Source: Felis catus
Lineage: Eukaryota
Reading direction: 5' to 3'
Assembly: GCF_018350175.1 (NCBI RefSeq)
Contig: NC_058368.1
Span: 233,618,001 to 233,682,000 of the forward strand
Length of the DNA stretch: 64,000 bases
The translations under genes and the position numbers were made by a program. This document shows, piece after piece, positions 25,431 through 37,847 of this stretch; position 1 is the first letter of the stretch, and each line of letters begins with the position of its first letter. Under the pieces are notes generated by a model. That model was not told where the DNA came from. It was given only the letters and a program-made list of their open reading frames with translations, and did not search any database.

Positions 25431-27349
25431 CAATGCCAATTAATTAGTAAATGTTCATCCATTGGTTATCATCAACCTGTTTTCTGGAAATGCATTTCTT
25501 AACAAAAGACATAAACATGAGGGTGGTTCTGTTGATTTCCTGATCTCCTTTTGCTTTCTGTGGATCTGCATCACATGGTCTTGCCTTGGAGAGTAGATAA
25601 TTCCCCTTTAGTCACACAGCCTCCATGCAACCCGCAGCCAACGAGACTCCTTAGAAGTCTTCGAGGAACTCTGTTCCGTCCTGCTGCTTCCGTCGGGGTT
25701 TACGTGGCTCACCTCTTGCCTTTCATCCGTTCAAAGTAAATCTAATCCCAATGTTCTAACTGGACAAGATGTCACTGGGCTTTTATTCCACTTGGCATCA
25801 CATTCCGTATCTCCTGTAGACTCCCGTCATCGACACTGCGTGGGGACGCCCTCAGCACCACCTCTGCACCACGCAAGACTTTGATTTAAAATGCGGGACA
25901 CGGAGAGCCGGTGCCCTCGACGAGGTGCATCCGAAGACTTCCTCTCACACGGACCCAGGATCCTGTGCACAGCAGATCTGCCCACTCCGTCGGGGACGAC
26001 CCCTCCAGCTGGCACTGCCTTCCCCGCCACATTTCTCTCTCTTGCCCTGAAGACAGCAGGCAGGACCTCAAGAGCCCCGCTGACACAGGCACCTCTGCCT
26101 CCAGCGTCCCCCAGCCGAACAGCCCATCGCGAAAGAGCACGTGTTCCCACCAGACCTTTGGTAAATGGGAAGGTCTTGTGTTTTCCTGAATATATTTTCA
26201 TTTGACGACTCTTGCATTTCACACCATCTGCTGATCTGGGCACTTCTCATGCTGCCAGTCAGCTAAAATTTTATTTTTAGATGCCAGCTTTGGGCAGACC
26301 ATGAAAACCCTGTACGGCTACATTTTCAGAGGTTCTAAACAAAGTATCTCAAAGGCATTCCAAGACCCCGAGAGGTGGACCAGATCGGAAGCGGAAATTG
26401 TGGAGAATCGCTTGGTAGATGGCCCACGAAAAGAGAAACGAAAAGAGCCGCAAATGAAAAGGATCACACAACTGACGCTTATGTAACTGTATCACGCACA
26501 CTGGTCCGGAGAGCTGACTACAAACAGGCAACCGTACGCAGAATGCAGCGTTAGGGGGAATTCTCGAAAAACAGAGTGAACCCGGACAGCTGAGTAAGCA
26601 GAGTGCCCGGAGGACCGCAACGGACAGGATGAACATCCTTAAGTGCCTTTTCTCCCTCCTAAGAAGGTTCTGATCTTCCCTTAATCCCTCCCTCAATTGG
26701 GACTACAGAAGAGAGAGAACTCGAGTTAGGAGCGCAAGCAGGGGGGTTAGGAATCAACGACCCTTCAGTAAAATGTTCAGTCTTCTTTCACCCACAGCTC
26801 CGTGTCTTTGTAAAACCGTCCCAGCCAGGGCAAGAAGTGCTGACTGGCACGTCCTGGAGTATTTTCCTTGTCCTCTTTGGGACGCTCTTTGGGACGCGGC
26901 AGTCCCCCGCGAGCTGAAGAATGTAACGGCACGTGTGCCTCAATTTCCCAGCCAGTTACACGGTGTGGGAAAATGTGACGGCGTTACGGGAAATCTGGAG
27001 CATCCGCTGAAAATCCAGCCATGCTGAGGCGTACCCAGGGCACCGCGGAAATCCGACATGGGAGAAGGATGAAAGTCCTGAGTCTTGCCGCTCGAGTGGA
27101 GACAGGGAGATCAATTACATGCAAATTAACCTCACATTCACCAAGGACTCTCCGTGGGGCGTCTTCTGAGGCCCACTGAACAAGAAGGGAGCTGTATCTC
27201 GAAGAGAAAGGGCTGCTCTGGAAGTTGCATACATTTCCGAGAAATAACAAGTTGCGTTTGGTTAAAAGAATTTTAACAGAGGACATGAAAGGGTTTTGTG
27301 GGGGGATACATTATTAGAGGGAAAACTAGACTTCTAGTTATTATTCTAG

Positions 27350-27545
27350 GACAAGTCTGGCCCAGTGCCTGCTGCTGTAAATAAAGTTTTATTGGAACAC
27401 AGCCACATCCATTTGCTTGTGTTGTTCGCAGGAGTTCGTGCACGATGGCAAACAGAGTTGAGCCGTTGCCACTGACACCAGATGGCCCGAAAATCTGGAA
27501 ATATTTACTCTGTGGTTCTTCCCAGAAGAAGACTGCGAACCCCTG
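27350..27545. mobile_element. MER58-like hAT-Charlie MITE
   Basis: GTAAATAAAGTTTTATTGGAACACAGCCAC...CAGAGTTGAG...AAATATTTACT...ACCCCTG matches recalled MER58A. Confidence 0.85.
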
Positions 27546-28303
27546 TTCTGGATTAACCCAAGCCCTTCTTCAGGGCTCACGGTCTCACCCGTAAGCCCCA
27601 CTGACAATCTCACAGTTGAACGACTGACGAGATGTGGCATCACGTCAAAGCACCCTCTACCTTCTCGACGCGCAACCTGGCACCGTGGAAGTCCGCACTG
27701 TGGTGGACTATTTAGTGGAGAAACAGCGGAAGCAATCGTCTCCCTTTGTAAATGATTATGAGTCCACGCTTCTGGGTGTCAGTGTTACTTACAAGTCTCC
27801 GAATAGATGCTAAGGTGCGTGAAGCTTTTTTTATTGTTACGGTTTTAAATCGAGTCCTTTTGGTAGCGCTTAGAAAGTCCTGGAACATGGCACTTATTCA
27901 AAATATGTCTCTAGATAGAGCAATGAACATAGAGCAATTGCTCTAGATGGAGCAATTGACATGAATTTAGTAAGTTATCTAAATTGACAAGAACAGATTA
28001 AAATTATAACCGATGGATGAGAACGGTACCATTTAATTAAAGCTATTATTATTGTTAAAGAAATTAGTTTTGGAAACTACTTTTTATATGCACCCCCCAT
28101 ACCACATCATAATTCTCTACAGTTTGGGACATGTAACTGTTGAAGTAACTGATGTAGTGTTTCCCTGGATCCCCTTAAGATTTACATGATTCGTCCATTA
28201 GCTGTTCTAGAAAATCACCATGGCATATTTTGCTGGATGTAAAGTGTTTTCACAATTTTACACCTTGGGAAGTTTTCTCCTAACTTTAAAAGTTGATTAT
28301 GCA

Positions 28304-28527
28304 GGGGCGCCTGGGTGGCTCAGTTGGTTGAGCGTCCGACTTCAGCTCAGGTCATGATCTCAAAGCTCAAGAGTTTGAGCCCCGCATTGGGCTCTGTGCC
28401 AACAGCTCAGAGCCTGGAGCCTGCTTCGGATTCTGTGTCTCCCTCTCTCTCTGCCCCTAACCCACTCACATTCTGTCTCTGTCTCTCTCAAAAATAAATA
28501 ATCATTAAAAAAAATAAAATAAATAAT
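28304..28527 (+). mobile_element. CanSINE SINEC_Fc-type
   Basis: Full SINE; TSD AGTTGATTATG on both sides. Confidence 0.94.
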
Positions 28528-28607
28528 AGTTGATTATGTGTGCGTTACTGAAAACTAACAAAAAATAAGCGACAGAAAGCAAAGACCCAGAAAGCCACCA
28601 GCTAATG

Positions 28608-28840
28608 AATAGCTGCCATTTACTGGACACCTGATGTGGGCCAGGCACTCAGGAATTACGTACACCCGACCCCTAATCCTCAGTCCACTGTGTCACTGGC
28701 CCTCTTTTACAGATAAGTAAACAGATGGTCAGAGGAGCTAAATCACTTGCTAAAATTCCTACAACCAATTCATGCACAACTGGGATTTGAGCTCAAGTCC
28801 TTCTGACTCCAAAATTAAAGCTCTTTCCATTACGCATCAT
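28608..28840 (-). mobile_element. Near full-length MIR
   Basis: CATTTACTGGACACC...GCCAGGCACT...TTTTACAGATAAGTAAAC...GGGATTTGAGCTCAAGTCCTTCTGACTCC. Confidence 0.75.
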
Positions 28841-28959
28841 GTGCTGTCTTTGAAAAGGCAAAACGCATTTTTTTTGTTGTTGTTCTTCCGGGGGATTCAG
28901 CAAAAAATATTTCACAAAAGAATTTAACTTCATTTAACTTCTATTTTGCTCCTGTAGCA

Positions 28960-29351
28960 CACAAGGAGGCTTTCCTGGATCTCTCTCTCCCTCTCTCCCC
29001 CCGCTTTCTCTCCTTCCCTCTCTCATTCCCACTCCCTCCCCCTCTCTCTCCCTCCCTCCGTCTTCCTCAATCTCTCTCCCTTCCTCTCTCTTTCTTTCTC
29101 TCTTTGTCTCTCTCTCTTCCCCCCCTCATTCTCTCTCACTCTCTCCCTCTCTCTTCCTCTCCTTCCCATGCGAGAACACAGCAAAAAGGTAGCTATACAC
29201 AAGCCAGGAACAGAGTTCTTCCCAGAACCCAAACATCCTGGCCCCCTGACCTCAGACTTCCAGCATCCAGAACTGTGAGAAAATAAGTGTGTGTTGCTGA
29301 AACCACACTGTCTTTGGCATTTTGTTAGAGCAGCCTGAGCTGACTAATACA
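28960..29351 (+). mobile_element. MaLR LTR 3' portion (MLT1A/B-like) containing an expanded ~185-bp C/T tract (28980-29166)
   Basis: GACTTCCAGCATCCAGAACTGTGAGAAAATAA...GCAGCCTGAGCTGACTAATACA. Confidence 0.8.
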
Positions 29352-30042
29352 ACTCATGGCCAGGAATCTTAGAAAAACATTCTATGTGATAATAAAACTC
29401 TGACTAGTCTCTTTATCTTTCCTTTGCTTCTTCTCCTTCCTATCTTTGGTTACCACCTTGATCTAGAGTCGGAGGCTCAGACGTGGCATAGAAGGTGAAA
29501 TTTTAAGAAACCAAAGAAAAGGTGGAACACTGAATAGTTCCACTTTGACCCACAAAGGTAACATTTCTTCCTTTCCTAGAAGTTATCCAGGACACCAAAA
29601 ATCAAGGGAAATGCATGTACAGTTTATATTTTCAACAAAATTAGACGATCAACGGAACCCCCAGACTCCATGTGGGCGTGAGCGCGACCACAGGCAAGTG
29701 GGGCTCAGTGGCAGGAAGCTGAGGAAAGATGCCATGACGGGACTGTCACAGAGGAGGCTGCTGGTGCCGGACGGGAAGTAGAGAGGGGCCCGCCCAGACG
29801 TGGAAAGGCCAAGTCCTTGGTTTGCAACTGTAGGAATGTTGGCAGGAGCCTACTGCATGCAGTGTGTTCAGGAGGCCAGCCTCCAGAAGGAAGGCCCCAC
29901 TGGGCACATTATGGGAGGCACCCCAGCTTCGAGGTGTGGGGGTTCTATCAGTTGGCATCTCCCTCCACAGGCTCCGTGCGGTGATCCGCCTCTACACGTG
30001 CTCAGTGCGTTCTAGTGTTGGCCATGAGAACGATCAGCATTC

Positions 30043-30165
30043 TTTTTTTGTTTTTTTTTAAGATTTTATTTTTAAGTAATCTCTGCACCCAACGTGGGGC
30101 TCGAACTGACAACCCTGAGGTGGGAGAGTCACATGCTCTACTGACTGAGCCCACCACGTGCCCCC
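30043..30165 (-). mobile_element. Short old CanSINE lacking the CT tract (SINEC_old-like)
   Basis: TTTTAAGTAATCTCTGCACCCAACGTGGGGCTCGAAC; TSD AGAA(C/T)GATCAGCATTC. Confidence 0.85.
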
Positions 30166-30213
30166 AAGAATGATCAGCATTCATAATAACAGTGTTCACA
30201 TTAAAAGAATTCT

Positions 30214-30373
30214 GGGGCACCTGGGTGTCTCCGTCGGTTGAGCATCCGACTTTGGCTCAGGTCATGATCTCATGATTTGTGGGTTTGAGTCCTGCTTCGG
30301 GCTCTGTGCTGACAGCTTGGAGCCTGGAGCCTGCTTCAGATTCTCTGTCTCCCTCTCTCTCTGCCCCTCCCCT

Positions 30374-30426
<53 letters not shown>

Positions 30427-30458
30427 AATAAATAAACATTAAAAGTTTTTCAAAAAAA
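30214..30458 (+). mobile_element. CanSINE with long (CT)n
   Basis: Full SINE; TSD AAAAGAA(T/A)TCTGG. Confidence 0.94.
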
Positions 30459-30469
30459 AAAAGAAATCT

Positions 30470-32090
30470 GGAAAATGGAAAAACTAAGCCGAAAGTATCA
30501 ATAAAACTTCAAATTACAGTGGAGTCACTAGCCTTCAAAAATAAGGGAGTCCAGTGGGCATCTAGGAAGAAAGATTATTTCTGCTATAAAGGAAAAGAAA
30601 AGAAGCCTTCAGAGTATCATTCGATTACCAAACAGTACTTCAATACATTTCAAAAAGCAGAAGTAACCTGAACAATTCTCTAATCTCAATGCAAAAACAG
30701 ACAAAACCCAAGAAACCAAAACCAAAACAGAAACAAACAAACAAACAACAAAATAAAACCCCAAAACTGGAATTACTACTAGAAACAGAAAGGAAAAACC
30801 CTCTATCCCCCGGTGTGGGGGGACACAGAAGTTTCTCTCTGTCAAAAAATAAAGTCAATCAGCAAGATTATCTGGAAAATAACGATGATGAGCACACAGA
30901 AGGCATGGAGCTGAAGCAGGTTCTAGAGGGACATTTATAGCAGGTGAGCACTTCCATAAAGAAACAAGAGGGCAACACAAGAAGTTAGGACTAGAAAAGA
31001 AAAAGAAAAGCAAAAACAAAACAAAGCCAATAAAAACTACTGGAAGAAATGAATAAAGAAAAAAAAACCGAACTAAAAAACACCCCCAAATTAATCAAAT
31101 AAATTTATCCACAACTCATTCTTTGGAGAAATGAAAATAAACAAAGCATTAGCTAGATGAATCAGGAATTAACGGAGAAAGGACAAGTCCCAAGAATAAG
31201 AAAGTAACCGGGGAGGAGTAGAAACAAACACAATTACAGAGGTAATTGAAACCATGAAAAGAGATTATCCAACACGGAAAATCGCTGAAACCTTGGATGG
31301 AAGAGACTGCGTTTATGAGAAAATATCTCTGACAGAAACCAATCCCACAAGAGAAAGTAAATCAAACAGAAGAATGTGCATAGCAAAGTAAGGGCATGGT
31401 ATCTGGCCTAATGTGGTCTAATCTATAGGAACATTTGAGATGGAAGGGTGCTCACAATGGAGGGGAGCCCTCAGAGCCGTCTGTGGCCCGAGGCTAGGGC
31501 TGCCTGTTTGCTCTCAATTATGGTCAAAACAGATGCAAAATCTTTCATAAGTTATTGGCCAAAGGAATAAAGCATCAAATTAGATTAAAAAAAAAAAAAG
31601 ACAATATGACCTACTGAGTTAATTCCAAAAATTCAAGAATGTCTGATATTACACAAGGGAAGAAATCATAATATCCTGCCCACGGGTGACAGAAACCGTC
31701 TCTTAATACATTCAAGATCCATTCTTTAAAGAAAAACAAAGAAGAAAAAGGGAAAATAAAACTTCTCTAAATAGGAACAAACAGTCACCTCCCTCAAGTT
31801 ATAAAACCTACTTAACCCGAAAGCCAACATATTGCTTAAAGGAAAAACATCAATCCTACTAAATAAACACAAAACAAAACAAAATACAACAGGCAACTAT
31901 GTCTACCACCAGCACCTTAATGTGAATTTTCTATGGAAGTACAATTAGGCAAAACAATTGGAAAGAAAATTAAAACTCAGAAAATGGAGATTCACTTGAA
32001 AATGATGTGATTATATGTCTGAAAAACCTCAGATCAAGTGAAAAGTGACTATAAACAATGAAAGAATTCACAAGTCATCAGAAGAAGCGT
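30470..32090 (+). mobile_element. Ancient, heavily decayed L1 ORF2 region
   Basis: Very A-rich; AAATGATGTGATTATATGTCTGAAAAACCTC near 32000 resembles the DDMIIYLENP RT motif. Confidence 0.55.
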
Positions 32091-32337
32091 ATTTACTGAA
32101 AACCTTCTGAAACCCTTCTGTCAACCTTTTAAAAAATGTGACCACAGCACCTATTTTTAAAAATGGGCCATTGAGCCAATGGCAGATGTTGACTTGTCTA
32201 CCTGCAACCATTCCTCAGGAATCCTTGGTGATTGCCCTCTGTTTTGTTTAAACAAGGGTAGAATTCTCTGATGTTTCCTCACTTTAAATTCTCCTAGTCC
32301 TGCTTTATTTCCGTATGTGTTACCATAAATATCTTTT

Positions 32338-32544
32338 TTGAAAAAATTTTAATATTTATTACTTTGAGAGTGAGAGAGACAGAGCGCAAGCAGGGGAGGG
32401 GCAGAGAGAGAGTGAGACATAGAATCCAAAGCAGGCTCCAGGCTCTGAGCTGTCGGCAAATAGTCCAACGTGGGGCTCTAACTCACAAACCATGAGATCA
32501 TGACCTGAGTCAGATGCTTAACTGACTGAGCCACCCAGGTTCCT
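32338..32544 (-). mobile_element. CanSINE SINEC_Fc-type
   Basis: Reverse SINE; TSD ACCATAAA(T/A)ATCTTTT. Confidence 0.93.
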
Positions 32545-32759
32545 CACCATAAAAATCTTTTAATGAGGTATCTTCCTATGTTGTGCACCACAGAGCTTAC
32601 TTGTACCTGAGCAGACAAGAGAAAGGGAACCCCACAGACACCGGCTCAGAGACTACTTGGAGGGTCTGTAGCAATCCAAGATGGGAGAGGAGACCACAGT
32701 CCAACTGTGGGAGCTGGCATCTCTAGTGAGTTCGAGAGAAGCCCCAAAAGCTCCCTCAC

Positions 32760-33190
32760 TGTTGGGAACCACAGAATATGACCCTGTTTGAAATAAGGGT
32801 CTTTGCAGATGTAATCAAGTTAAGGATGCTGCATGAGATCATCCTGAATTCACAGTAGGGCTCTAAAGACAACGACCAGTGTCTCTGTCTGTAAGGGACA
32901 GAAGGGGAGGAGGTGCAAAGACACAAAGAGAAGGAGGCCATGTAAAGACAGACACATAGAGTTTTGAAGCCCCACCCACACCAAAGAATGCCAAGGAGTG
33001 CCAGCAACAAGCAGAAGCTGGAGAAAGGCACGAACGCACTCTCCCTCGGAGCCTCCAGAGGGATCCAGCTCTGCCAACACCTTGGTTTTGATTTCTGTGA
33101 GAGAATCAATTTCACAGTTTAGAAAGTGCTGTTGTTTTCAGCACCCACGTTGGTGGTAATTTGTTACAGCAGCCCTGGGGAACCAATACA
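32760..33190 (+). mobile_element. MaLR solo LTR (MLT1C-like)
   Basis: GGGTCTTTGCAGATGTAATCAAGTTAAG...GAGCCTCCAGAGGGA...TTTGTTACAGCAGCCCTGGGGAACCAATACA. Confidence 0.85.
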
Positions 33191-33909
33191 GTATCTCAGC
33201 AGGGAGTGGGAGGAATGATACATAGCGACAGCCCTGTACAGGTGTGTGTGTCTATGACCACAAAACTGATACACGGGATGGCCAGATCCACCTTGTACCA
33301 TGTAGCTGCTACTGAGTGGGGCAAACTGTAGCCCCCGAGGTTGGTTAGAGAATAAGAGTGGGCTCCTCCAGGGAACAAGACATTACAGAGAAGGATGGCA
33401 CAGAAGCTCAAGATGTCCTGCTATAAGTTAATACTATAAATGACTCCTTTTGCACTTCTCCCTCTCATTGTTGACAAGGGATGAGCTCTATCTCAGGGGG
33501 TTCCAAAACCAGGCATTCCATTAACCTACAGGGGCTCAGATCCTCGGGTATTAACAAACCTTCCAAACTCCAGTTACTAGTGCAGTGTGGGCTTCTAGGA
33601 CCTCGTGAGGATGAAGCTCACTGCCTTAAGTCTGGGTGGGCACACCGCAGGATGGTCAAGCAGACCAGACCTGTGCCCTGAGGATGTGCAACCCAACCCC
33701 TGTCCTACTCAAAACTCCATGGGTCATTTGGGACCGTGATTATTGCCATAGTCCCCCAAATATTTTTATTTCCCCTTTCTCTTAGCTTCTGTAAAAGTCA
33801 TTTAAACTCAGCAAAATGAATAAACGCTGCTGTAGTTTTCCACTATTCATGGAAGGTTAGGGACCAGCCCTGCCGGATAACTGGTTTTTCATATATGCTA
33901 GTTCATTGA

Positions 33910-33930
33910 ATCAGCACCAAGGCCAGCAAC
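33910..33930 (+). promoter_or_regulatory. Candidate RE1/NRSE (REST) site
   Basis: ATCAGCACCAAGGCCAGCAAC versus consensus TTCAGCACCACGGACAGCGCC: 16/21 identity, canonical 2-bp spacer. Confidence 0.35.
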
Positions 33931-34008
33931 CGTCTAGGGAAGTAGGTGTTCCTGCTGCCATTTTACAGTTGAGAAAACTGAGTAAACTAAAGAATTAGTC
34001 CAAGCTCA

Positions 34009-34411
34009 TGTAGCGTTGCAGTCTGGTTCTCCCGGAAGCACATTCTGAGACACAGCTCAGTGGGTACTAGGGAGTTCCCTTCGGATCAATGCCCGCGGGG
34101 AAGAAAGGAAGCCAGATGAAGCACAGGGAGAAGCTGAGCTGTGATGAAGGTCTGAGACCTTTAGACAAACCTACAGAAACTCCAGAGCTGCAATGGCCCA
34201 CCGGAATTGCCCTGCATCAGACCAGGCTGGATAGACTCTATAGGCCCACCTCAATCAGCCATGGATGTGGGCCATCCTTGAAGAGACAGAACCTTGAGCT
34301 GGCAGCCCTGTGAAGCTGAGGCGGCCTTAAAGAATCTAAGGGCCAACAACTCCCCAAGAGCTGGGCAGCAAATCTTTCTCTGGGGGGTGGTCCACCTCCA
34401 TGTCTACCACA
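34009..34411 (-). mobile_element. ERVL solo LTR (LTR16A-like)
   Basis: TG...CA termini; GGAAGCACATTCTGAGAC, GGGAGAAGCTGAGCTGTGATG, AGAGCTGCAATGGCCC match recalled antisense LTR16A. Confidence 0.7.
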
Positions 34412-35158
34412 CACAGCTAGAAAGTGGGGGAAACGGAATCCAAACCCAGAGCCCATCTGAGGCCAAAGTCCTTGCTCCGTCCACATCTGCCATGTCAAAA
34501 CACTCATGAGCTGCTTGAGAAGGATAGCAAAAACGATTAACCCAGCGTCTGGCCAGCAGGATCTCACATCTCCTAGGAAAGGCAAAAAGCGATGCACATC
34601 ATTCTCACAAAAGGCATGCTGGGATTATCGTTGTAAAGACAGAAAGTACATCCCCTCCCTCTGTTCGGGGCCTGCCCAGTCCCCAACGCACTCCACAAAC
34701 AAAACGAAATGTTTTAAGTATATTACCAAGCAGCCATTATTATTATTACCTGATGTTTCTTGGCGCTAACCATGCACCTGGCCCAGGTAAGTCATTTTCC
34801 TTTATCATCTCATTTAACCACGTCTGTGGCTAGGAAGAAACTATTATTACCATTCCCACACCACTGGTAAGTAGCCACATTTCCAGGTCCATCTTTCCTT
34901 GCAGTGTCTCCCAGTAATTACGCACACATCCTCTCTCCACTGCACCAAATCACTGAGTTTCTGTCTACTCTTCAAAGAGGTCACTTAGAACCAGTGCAAA
35001 ATTCTTGCTCAAGTTAAGCTGTAGATACATTTTTCTCTCAAGTTCATACAATTCAGCAAATTCATTATTCATCCTGCAAGTACAAGTTAGAAGTCCTGTG
35101 TCCCCATCAGGGGGCTGATTTTCTCATTGTCTTCTAGGAATTTTAAGGAGTAATTACA

Positions 35159-35574
35159 GGGGGCTCTGGGTGGCTCCATCAATTGGGTGTCCAACTTCAG
35201 CTCAGGTCATGATCTCACGGTTCATGGGTTCGGGCCCCAGGTTGGGCTCTGTGCTGACAGCTCAGAGCCTGGAGCCTGCTTCGGATTCTGTGTCCCCCTC
35301 TCTCTCTTCCCCTTCCCCTCTCACACTCTGTGTCTCTCTCACTCAAACATTAAAACAAAAAAAATTTAGGGGCGCCTGGGTGGCTCAGTCAGTTAAGTGT
35401 CCAACTTCAGCTCAGGTCATGATCTCATAGTCCGTGAGTTCGAGCCCCGCGTCGGGCTCTGTGCTGACAGCTCGGAGCCTGGAGCCTGCTTCCGATTCCA
35501 TGTCTCCCTCTCTCTCTGGCCCTCTCTCACTCATGTTCAATGTCTCTCTCTCTCAAAAATAAATATAAAAGAAT
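35159..35574 (+). mobile_element. Head-to-tail CanSINE dimer (35159-35368 and 35369-35574)
   Basis: Two complete monomers; one outer degenerate TSD TAAGGAGTAATTAC / TAAAGAGCGATTAC. Confidence 0.92.
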
Positions 35575-37155
35575 AAAGAGCGATTACGGATGGATTAATA
35601 TATGATTAGAATCAATCTTTCACACACTATCCTCAAAAATAAACACTTGGAAAGGACAGAGCCTCAGATCCCGCTGGACTGTGGAACGTGGCTGTGTGGG
35701 CAGGTGACCACGTGAGGACAATCATGTGTCCAGATGTCAACCAGTGAGTGTGCCACTCAGCCAACCTGTAATCGATCTATAATGTATCGTATTTGATATG
35801 AATCCGGTGGTTTGAATGAACAGAGGGCACACAGTTTTGATGACAGAATCCAGAAGAGGATATAGAGACCGATGAAGGGTGACTGATCAGCATTGTTCAT
35901 TTCTCAGGAAACCCTCTTTGTTTCATGCACCGTTGATCAAATCTCCAAGACAAAAACTCATGGTCTAACAGGGCTTCCTTTCACCTCTGTCCCTTCTGTC
36001 CCCTCTTCTAAACAGCCTCACAAATGCTGAAAAATAAACCAAGGTCTCATTCCACCATGACAGTAAAATGATTAACTACCAACAGGAAAGTTCTGTGTCG
36101 AGCATTCTTGCCGTTTCACTGTAGGAAAGTGCCAGAACATTCTCCAAGCGGTAGATAGGATCCCCTGCAGCAAAGCTTTAATAGTGTTGCTGTTGGTCAC
36201 TCGCTCCACCAAAGTCTCCCCGGTGGGTGATGGTGTTGAGCGCCGCCATTTAAAGGTGGGGCGGGGATTCCTGCCGGGCTGGGGGGACAAGGAAGGAACA
36301 GGAACGAGGAGAGCAGACATGTGCAGTGCCTGAGATCTGCCTTAGGATTCAGTCACATCAGACACTTTCCTATTTTTACCTCTTTTCCAGGCTTACCCCC
36401 ATTCCTTCCAAATTATAATGTCGTTAGACCCCATAACTGATAGTTTGCTAAAACAGGATACAGATCCCCCTCCATCGATAGCTAGATGCTACACAAAAGG
36501 AACAGTGGTTCAGTGTCCTTTCTTCCCTCTTGTGGAAAGTACTAACATCTGCGCTTCTCCAAAGACAAGACAGTAGGAAGAGACGTCCAAATTCCCAACA
36601 ATTAGTCTCCTCCAGAGCCAGAGTCCCGGCAGCTGGTAACCTGCTGTTTTCCTTTTGAGCTTCTCAGATTAGATCCTAAATGCAATTTAATTCCAGACTC
36701 CAATATACAGTTCCTGAATTATACTGCAGAAGAATCAGTTATGTAACAAATCTTCATGACTACCGATTATGTTCTTGCCATACGTGACAGACTGTATCTT
36801 CTACTTTAGGTCCAAACTAAAATTTTTCAAAGTGTATCTGAAATACGGCAAAGTATCCACCGCATACAGGAACCCTCTACCATTTATCAGAAACAGGAGT
36901 AATCCTGTTAGAATAGAAAACCAATAACCACTCCTTCGCTTATCTTCTCTAATAAATATGGGCTCCCAAATAACTGGCCTGTGTAAGTAAATCTGTATTC
37001 AAATTAATCCTTGTCTCCTGGGAAAATAAATGATACACAAAATGAAAATCCAGAATGTGGTGTGAATACCAAGGAAAGGAACATTTAAGAAAAGTAAGTA
37101 AGTTTCAAATATAAAATGTAATCGTGGCATAGAAACAGGACTATTTGGCAATCCC

Positions 37156-37156
<1 letters not shown>

Positions 37157-37185
<29 letters not shown>
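37157..37185 (+). repeat. Poly(G) homopolymer, 29 nt
   Basis: Directly visible. Confidence 0.9.
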
Positions 37186-37186
<1 letters not shown>

Positions 37187-37642
37187 TCGGCAGACTGCCG
37201 GCAGTGATGTTGACCTACAGAAGTGTGGCCAACAGAGAAGAGAACACAAGTATATCTAATCAGATACACAGGCTGTAGCAGCCTACACCAACGCTTGAGT
37301 GACGGACTCCCTGCCCCTGTCAGGGAGGCAAGCTTCCTGCCCCGTTGCCCAATCATCTTGTCTCCAGGCCGGCCACCCTCACCCGTGAGCGGAAGCAGGA
37401 TGCAGCACCACAGCACGAGCGGTGAGGTACCATGCTGTTTTCCTACCCTCAGTCTCCCTTTGCCTGGATACAGCTGTAAGCAAAGAAGACACCTACCTTG
37501 CTGCTCTCAGAGAATTTTTACTCAAATGTGTGCTACCTTACTGATACAAGGAACCTTCTTGTTTTCTGGTTAACAATGCAATGCTAAGGACTTTTGGGGC
37601 TCACACTAAATTTCTGATAGATAAATAAAATAATTCATCCTT

Positions 37643-37847
37643 GGGGCACCTGAGTGGTTCAGTAGGTTAAGCATCTGGCTTCGGCTCAGGTCATGATCTC
37701 ACGGTTCGTAGTTTGAGCCCCGCGTCGGGCTCTGTGCTGACGGCTCAGGGCCTGGAGCCTGCTTCGGACTCTGTGTCTCCCTCTCTCTCTGCCCCTCACC
37801 TGCTCTCTCTCTCTTTCAAATAAATAAACATTAAAAGAAAAAAAATT
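37643..37847 (+). mobile_element. CanSINE SINEC_Fc-type
   Basis: Full SINE; TSD AAATAATTCATCCTT / AAATAATGCATTCTT. Confidence 0.93.

Larger units (their letters stand above)
33880..34492 (-). mobile_element. MIR split by an LTR insertion
   Basis: CATTTTACAGTTGAGAAAACTGAG...CCAAGCTCA (to 34008) rejoins CACAGCTAGAAAGTGG (from 34412). Confidence 0.7.

Noticed and set aside
2567..26897. Small tandem duplications (CTAGATGTAT x2 at ~2567; CTCTTTGGGACG x2 at ~26872)
   Set aside because: Ordinary slippage events.
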